From an uncultured Actinomycetota bacterium (GTDB lineage Bacteria > Actinomycetota > Actinomycetes > Actinomycetales > Dermatophilaceae): a DNA stretch of 64,000 bases. Numbering within the stretch: position 1 is the first letter of the stretch; every line of letters begins with the position of its first letter. A program made the translations under genes and the position numbers. Where the stretch lies: assembly GCA_963749585.1 (NCBI GenBank), contig CAVVNI010000003.1:550695-614694 (forward strand), read 5' to 3'. Of this stretch, positions 61,089 through 64,000 are shown in pieces. Under the pieces are notes generated by a model. The model was given only the letters and a program-made list of their open reading frames with translations. It was not told the origin of the DNA and did no database searches.

Positions 61089-62465
61089 ATGACTGAAACG
61101 ATGCCGACCACACTCATCATCCTGGGCGCCTCGGGAGACTTGACCAGCCGGCTTCTCCTGCCGGGACTGGCATCGTTGCTGAGCGTGGAGCCCGAGCGGA
61201 GTATCGAGGTGATCGGCGTCGATCGGGGGAAGCTGAGCGACCAGGAATGGCATACGGTCCTCGTTGACGCGATGGCCGAGTCCGAGCTGCCGCAGTCCCG
61301 CCTGGACGAGTTGCTCGCGACCACCTCCTACGTGCAGACCGACGTCCTCGATCCGCAGATGCTCGCAGACCTGCTCAGCGGCCGGTCCGCGCCGATGGTG
61401 CTGTACTTCGCGTTGCCGCCGCAGGTGAGCAGCAAGGCATGCGCGTTGTTGGAGAACATCGACCTGCCGCCGGGCACCCAGCTGGCGTTGGAGAAGCCTT
61501 TCGGGCATGACCTCGAGTCAGCGCAGGAGCTCAATGCACAGCTGCTCAGGCTGGTGCCAGAGGAGCAGATACACCGAATCGACCACTTCCTGGGCGTCAA
61601 CACGGTGCTGAACCTCATCGGCATCCGGTTCGCCAACCGGTTGTTGCAGCCCGTGTGGTCTGCCGAGCACATTGAGCGCGTGGATATCACCTACGACGAG
61701 AAGCTGGCCCTCGAGGGCCGGGCCGGCTACTACGACCACGCCGGCGCGTTGGTCGATATGGTCCAGTCACACCTGCTGCAGATCTTGGCGCTCTTTGCGA
61801 TGGAGGCGCCCGCGTCGTTGACCAGTGGCGAGGTCCAGGCGCTCAAGTCTCAGGTGCTGCGGGCGACGCATCTGTTGGACGACGATCCGGTGACTGCTTC
61901 TCGGCGGGCACGCTACGGGGCCGGTCGGATCGATGGGCGCGAGGTGCCCGACTACGTCGCCGAGCAGGGGGTGGACGCTCAGCGTTCTACCGAGACCTTG
62001 GCCGAGGTGATCCTGGTGGTTGAGAACGCTCGGTGGTCGGGAGTGCCTTTTCACCTGCGCAGCGGTAAGGCGCTAGGGCACCAGGCCAAGCGGATCACCG
62101 TCACGTTCAAGGCGCCGACTCATCTGCCGACAGGGTTGCGAGACACTCCCGAGCCCGATGAGCTGGTGCTCGATCTGAAACCTGGCGCCGTGTCCATGGT
62201 GCTGTCGATGAACGCCGAGGGCGACCCGTTCGAGCTGGAGCAGAAGTCGTTGACGGCGACGTTGGGCAAGCCGCGGATGCTGCCCCACGGGGAAGTTCTC
62301 GCCGGGATCCTCGAGGGCGACCCGCTGTTGTCGATCCGTGGTGATGTGGCCGAGCAATGCTGGCGGATCATGACGCCGGTGTTGCAGGCATGGCAGGACG
62401 GCTCGGTGCCGCTGGAGACCTACCCGGCCGGCAGTAGCGGACCCGAACATGGGTCAGCCGACTGA
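61089..62465 (+). CDS. zwf: Glucose-6-phosphate dehydrogenase (divergent paralogue)
   Basis: LIILGASGDLTSRLLLPGL, YFALPP, LALEKPFGHDLESAQELN, HRIDHFLGVNTVLNL...RFAN (canonical RIDHYLGKE is altered), Y...GA..DM.QSHLLQ.L, WSGVPF.LRSGKAL. Confidence 0.85.
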   Translation: MTETMPTTLIILGASGDLTSRLLLPGLASLLSVEPERSIEVIGVDRGKLSDQEWHTVLVDAMAESELPQSRLDELLATTSYVQTDVLDPQMLADLLSGRSAPMVLYFALPPQVSSKACALLENIDLPPGTQLALEKPFGHDLESAQELNAQLLRLVPEEQIHRIDHFLGVNTVLNLIGIRFANRLLQPVWSAEHIERVDITYDEKLALEGRAGYYDHAGALVDMVQSHLLQILALFAMEAPASLTSGEVQALKSQVLRATHLLDDDPVTASRRARYGAGRIDGREVPDYVAEQGVDAQRSTETLAEVILVVENARWSGVPFHLRSGKALGHQAKRITVTFKAPTHLPTGLRDTPEPDELVLDLKPGAVSMVLSMNAEGDPFELEQKSLTATLGKPRMLPHGEVLAGILEGDPLLSIRGDVAEQCWRIMTPVLQAWQDGSVPLETYPAGSSGPEHGSAD

Positions 62466-62539
62466 GGAAGAGCCCCGTGTCGACGGATAGATGCCAGGCA
62501 ACCTCCACCTGATGCTGCTGAGAACTCGAGGATGGGTCT

Positions 62540-63793
62540 ATGACTGAAGTGCTGTTGATCTCTGTGGTCGTCTTCGGGTTCGGCATGGTTTCGAAGCGGC
62601 TGGCGATGTCGCCGCTGACTGCCCCGATGGTCTACACCACGTTCGGGTTGGTCATCGGCGGAGCTGGACTGGGGTGGTTCGACCTCAAACCGGAAGGTGA
62701 GGCGCTCACGGTTCTGATCGAGGCAACCCTGGTGTTGGTGTTGTTCACCGACGCGGTGCGGATCAATGTGAGATCCCTGCGCAAGGACGCCGCCATCCCG
62801 GTGCGCCTGTTGGGCGTGGGACTGCCGTTGACTCTTGTGGCCGGGACCGCCACTGCGGCCGTGATCTTTCCCGCGTTGGGTTGGGCCGAAGCGTTGCTGT
62901 TGGCCGCGGTGTTGGCCCCGACCGATGCTGCCCTGGGCCAAGCGGTGGTCAGCGACACCCGCCTGCCAGCACGGGTGCGACAGAGCCTGAACGTGGAGAG
63001 CGGGCTGAACGACGGCATGATGGTCCCGATCGTCACCGTCGCGCTCGCGTTGTCCGCGATGGAGACTGGGGAGACCTCGCGCAACTGGGGGACCTTCGTC
63101 GCGGCGCAAATCGGTTTCGGCCTGCTGGGGGGACTCCTGGCCGGGTATGTCGGCGGCAAGCTGTTGGATCGCTTTGTTACCTCAGGGAGCGTTGAGAGCG
63201 TCTACCGTCAGCTTGCGACTCTTGCTGTCGCCGGGGGTGCCTACGCTGCAGCATCGTTGGTCGGCGGCAACGGGTTCGTCGCGGCGTTCACTGCGGGCAT
63301 CGTCTTCGGAGTCGTCGCCGCGCCGCACTGTCGCGACGTCCAAGACTTCACCCAGGACGAAGGCGACCTGCTGACGGCGATCACCTTTGTGCTATTCGGT
63401 GCCGTGCTTGTGCCGCAAGTCCTTGCGGGCCTCGACTGGCGAGTTGCCGCCTACGCCCTGCTGTCGCTGACGGTGGTACGCATGCTGCCGGTTGCTCTAG
63501 CGATGATCGGCTCGGGGACGCTGGCCCAGACCAGGCTGTTCGTCGGTTGGTTCGGTCCGCGCGGTTTGGCCTCCATCTTGTTTGCTCTGTTGGTCCTGGA
63601 GGACATTGACGGGTCGGCTGCAGAGCTGATCTTCACAGTGGCGATCTGGACAGTGTTTCTGAGCGTGTTCGCACATGGCGCGAGTGCCAGCCCGTGGACC
63701 GGCAGGCTGGCCGCCCGACTGGCCGGCATGTCGAGTAAACGGCCGGAGCACGCTCGAACGGTCGAGCACCCGACGCGCCGACGCCTGAGGTGA
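62540..63793 (+). CDS. Cation:proton antiporter (CPA1, Na+/H+ exchanger family)
   Basis: About 11-12 TM helices; LL.AVLAPTDAAL, ESGLNDG...P, GWFGPRG.ASI.F. Confidence 0.85.
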   Translation: MTEVLLISVVVFGFGMVSKRLAMSPLTAPMVYTTFGLVIGGAGLGWFDLKPEGEALTVLIEATLVLVLFTDAVRINVRSLRKDAAIPVRLLGVGLPLTLVAGTATAAVIFPALGWAEALLLAAVLAPTDAALGQAVVSDTRLPARVRQSLNVESGLNDGMMVPIVTVALALSAMETGETSRNWGTFVAAQIGFGLLGGLLAGYVGGKLLDRFVTSGSVESVYRQLATLAVAGGAYAAASLVGGNGFVAAFTAGIVFGVVAAPHCRDVQDFTQDEGDLLTAITFVLFGAVLVPQVLAGLDWRVAAYALLSLTVVRMLPVALAMIGSGTLAQTRLFVGWFGPRGLASILFALLVLEDIDGSAAELIFTVAIWTVFLSVFAHGASASPWTGRLAARLAGMSSKRPEHARTVEHPTRRRLR

Positions 63794-64000
63794 GCTGACG
63801 CCCGGGTCCACGGCAGGGTCGCCGACGGCGATGGGTGGAATGCTCAGTGTCAGCGGCCTTGCGCGTCACCGGACCTCGGCACGACCTCGTTCGCAGCGAG
63901 TGATCTCGATCAGCGGATGCGCGGTGGTCCGGGTCGCCTCAGGGGAGACTCAGGGTGGACCCGCATGGCATGCCGGGCGGCTACGGTCTAGCGTTGGGAC

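Noticed and set aside
63794-64000. A possible gene in the last 200 nt. The + strand is open from ATG about 63836 to the window edge.
   Set aside because: Third-position GC is unremarkable, there is no recognisable motif, and all minus-strand frames contain stops. The evidence is not enough to call a feature.

Overview
High-GC actinobacterial-type chromosomal segment, densely coding on both strands (about 60 CDS). Spot counts of single 60-nt lines give roughly 63-75% GC in most of the window. I found no rRNA, tRNA, CRISPR array, transposase or integrase by eye. All family calls come from motif-level reading of the supplied translations plus my own hand translations; no database search was run.

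Left to right:
- The 5' part of a CapD/PglF-like polysaccharide gene, running off the left edge behind a sharp low-GC patch.
- A DUF202 pair, a Xi-class GST (yqjG) and an aldo/keto reductase.
- A translationally coupled znuA-znuC-znuB-zur zinc operon with a candidate Zur box.
- Scattered molybdopterin/sulfur-carrier genes (moeZ, moaD-like, moaA, fdhD), with an apparently frameshifted methyltransferase between moeZ and moaD.
- Transporters: MFS x2, MMPL, BioY, FNT, AzlCD and CPA1.
- An ADP-forming acyl-CoA synthetase coupled to an AcuI-like reductase.
- A secreted SpoIVB/S55-like protease.
- ilvA, pfkA and zwf.
- A dps-CPBP-SDR/DUF2867 operon next to DUF427-photolyase.

Two regions stand out:
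1. 40.7-55.4 kb is a roughly 14.6-kb, apparently lower-GC catabolic gene block. It carries a GntR regulator, a VOC protein, a fused E1 alpha/beta dehydrogenase plus E2 (no E3), an XRE-cupin regulator, a CUT2-type ABC importer, an M24 hydrolase, an SDR and an aldehyde dehydrogenase. It is bracketed by a 78-bp imperfect direct repeat that is the duplicated 5' end of an alkZ/ycaQ-like gene. This looks like an island inserted at that gene, but no recombinase is left.
2. 56.8-60.3 kb encodes a single 912-codon ORF that joins a signal peptide, a CocE/NonD-type alpha/beta hydrolase, one transmembrane helix and an ABC ATPase. It is translationally coupled to an ABC-2 permease. I do not recognise this architecture as a characterised system.
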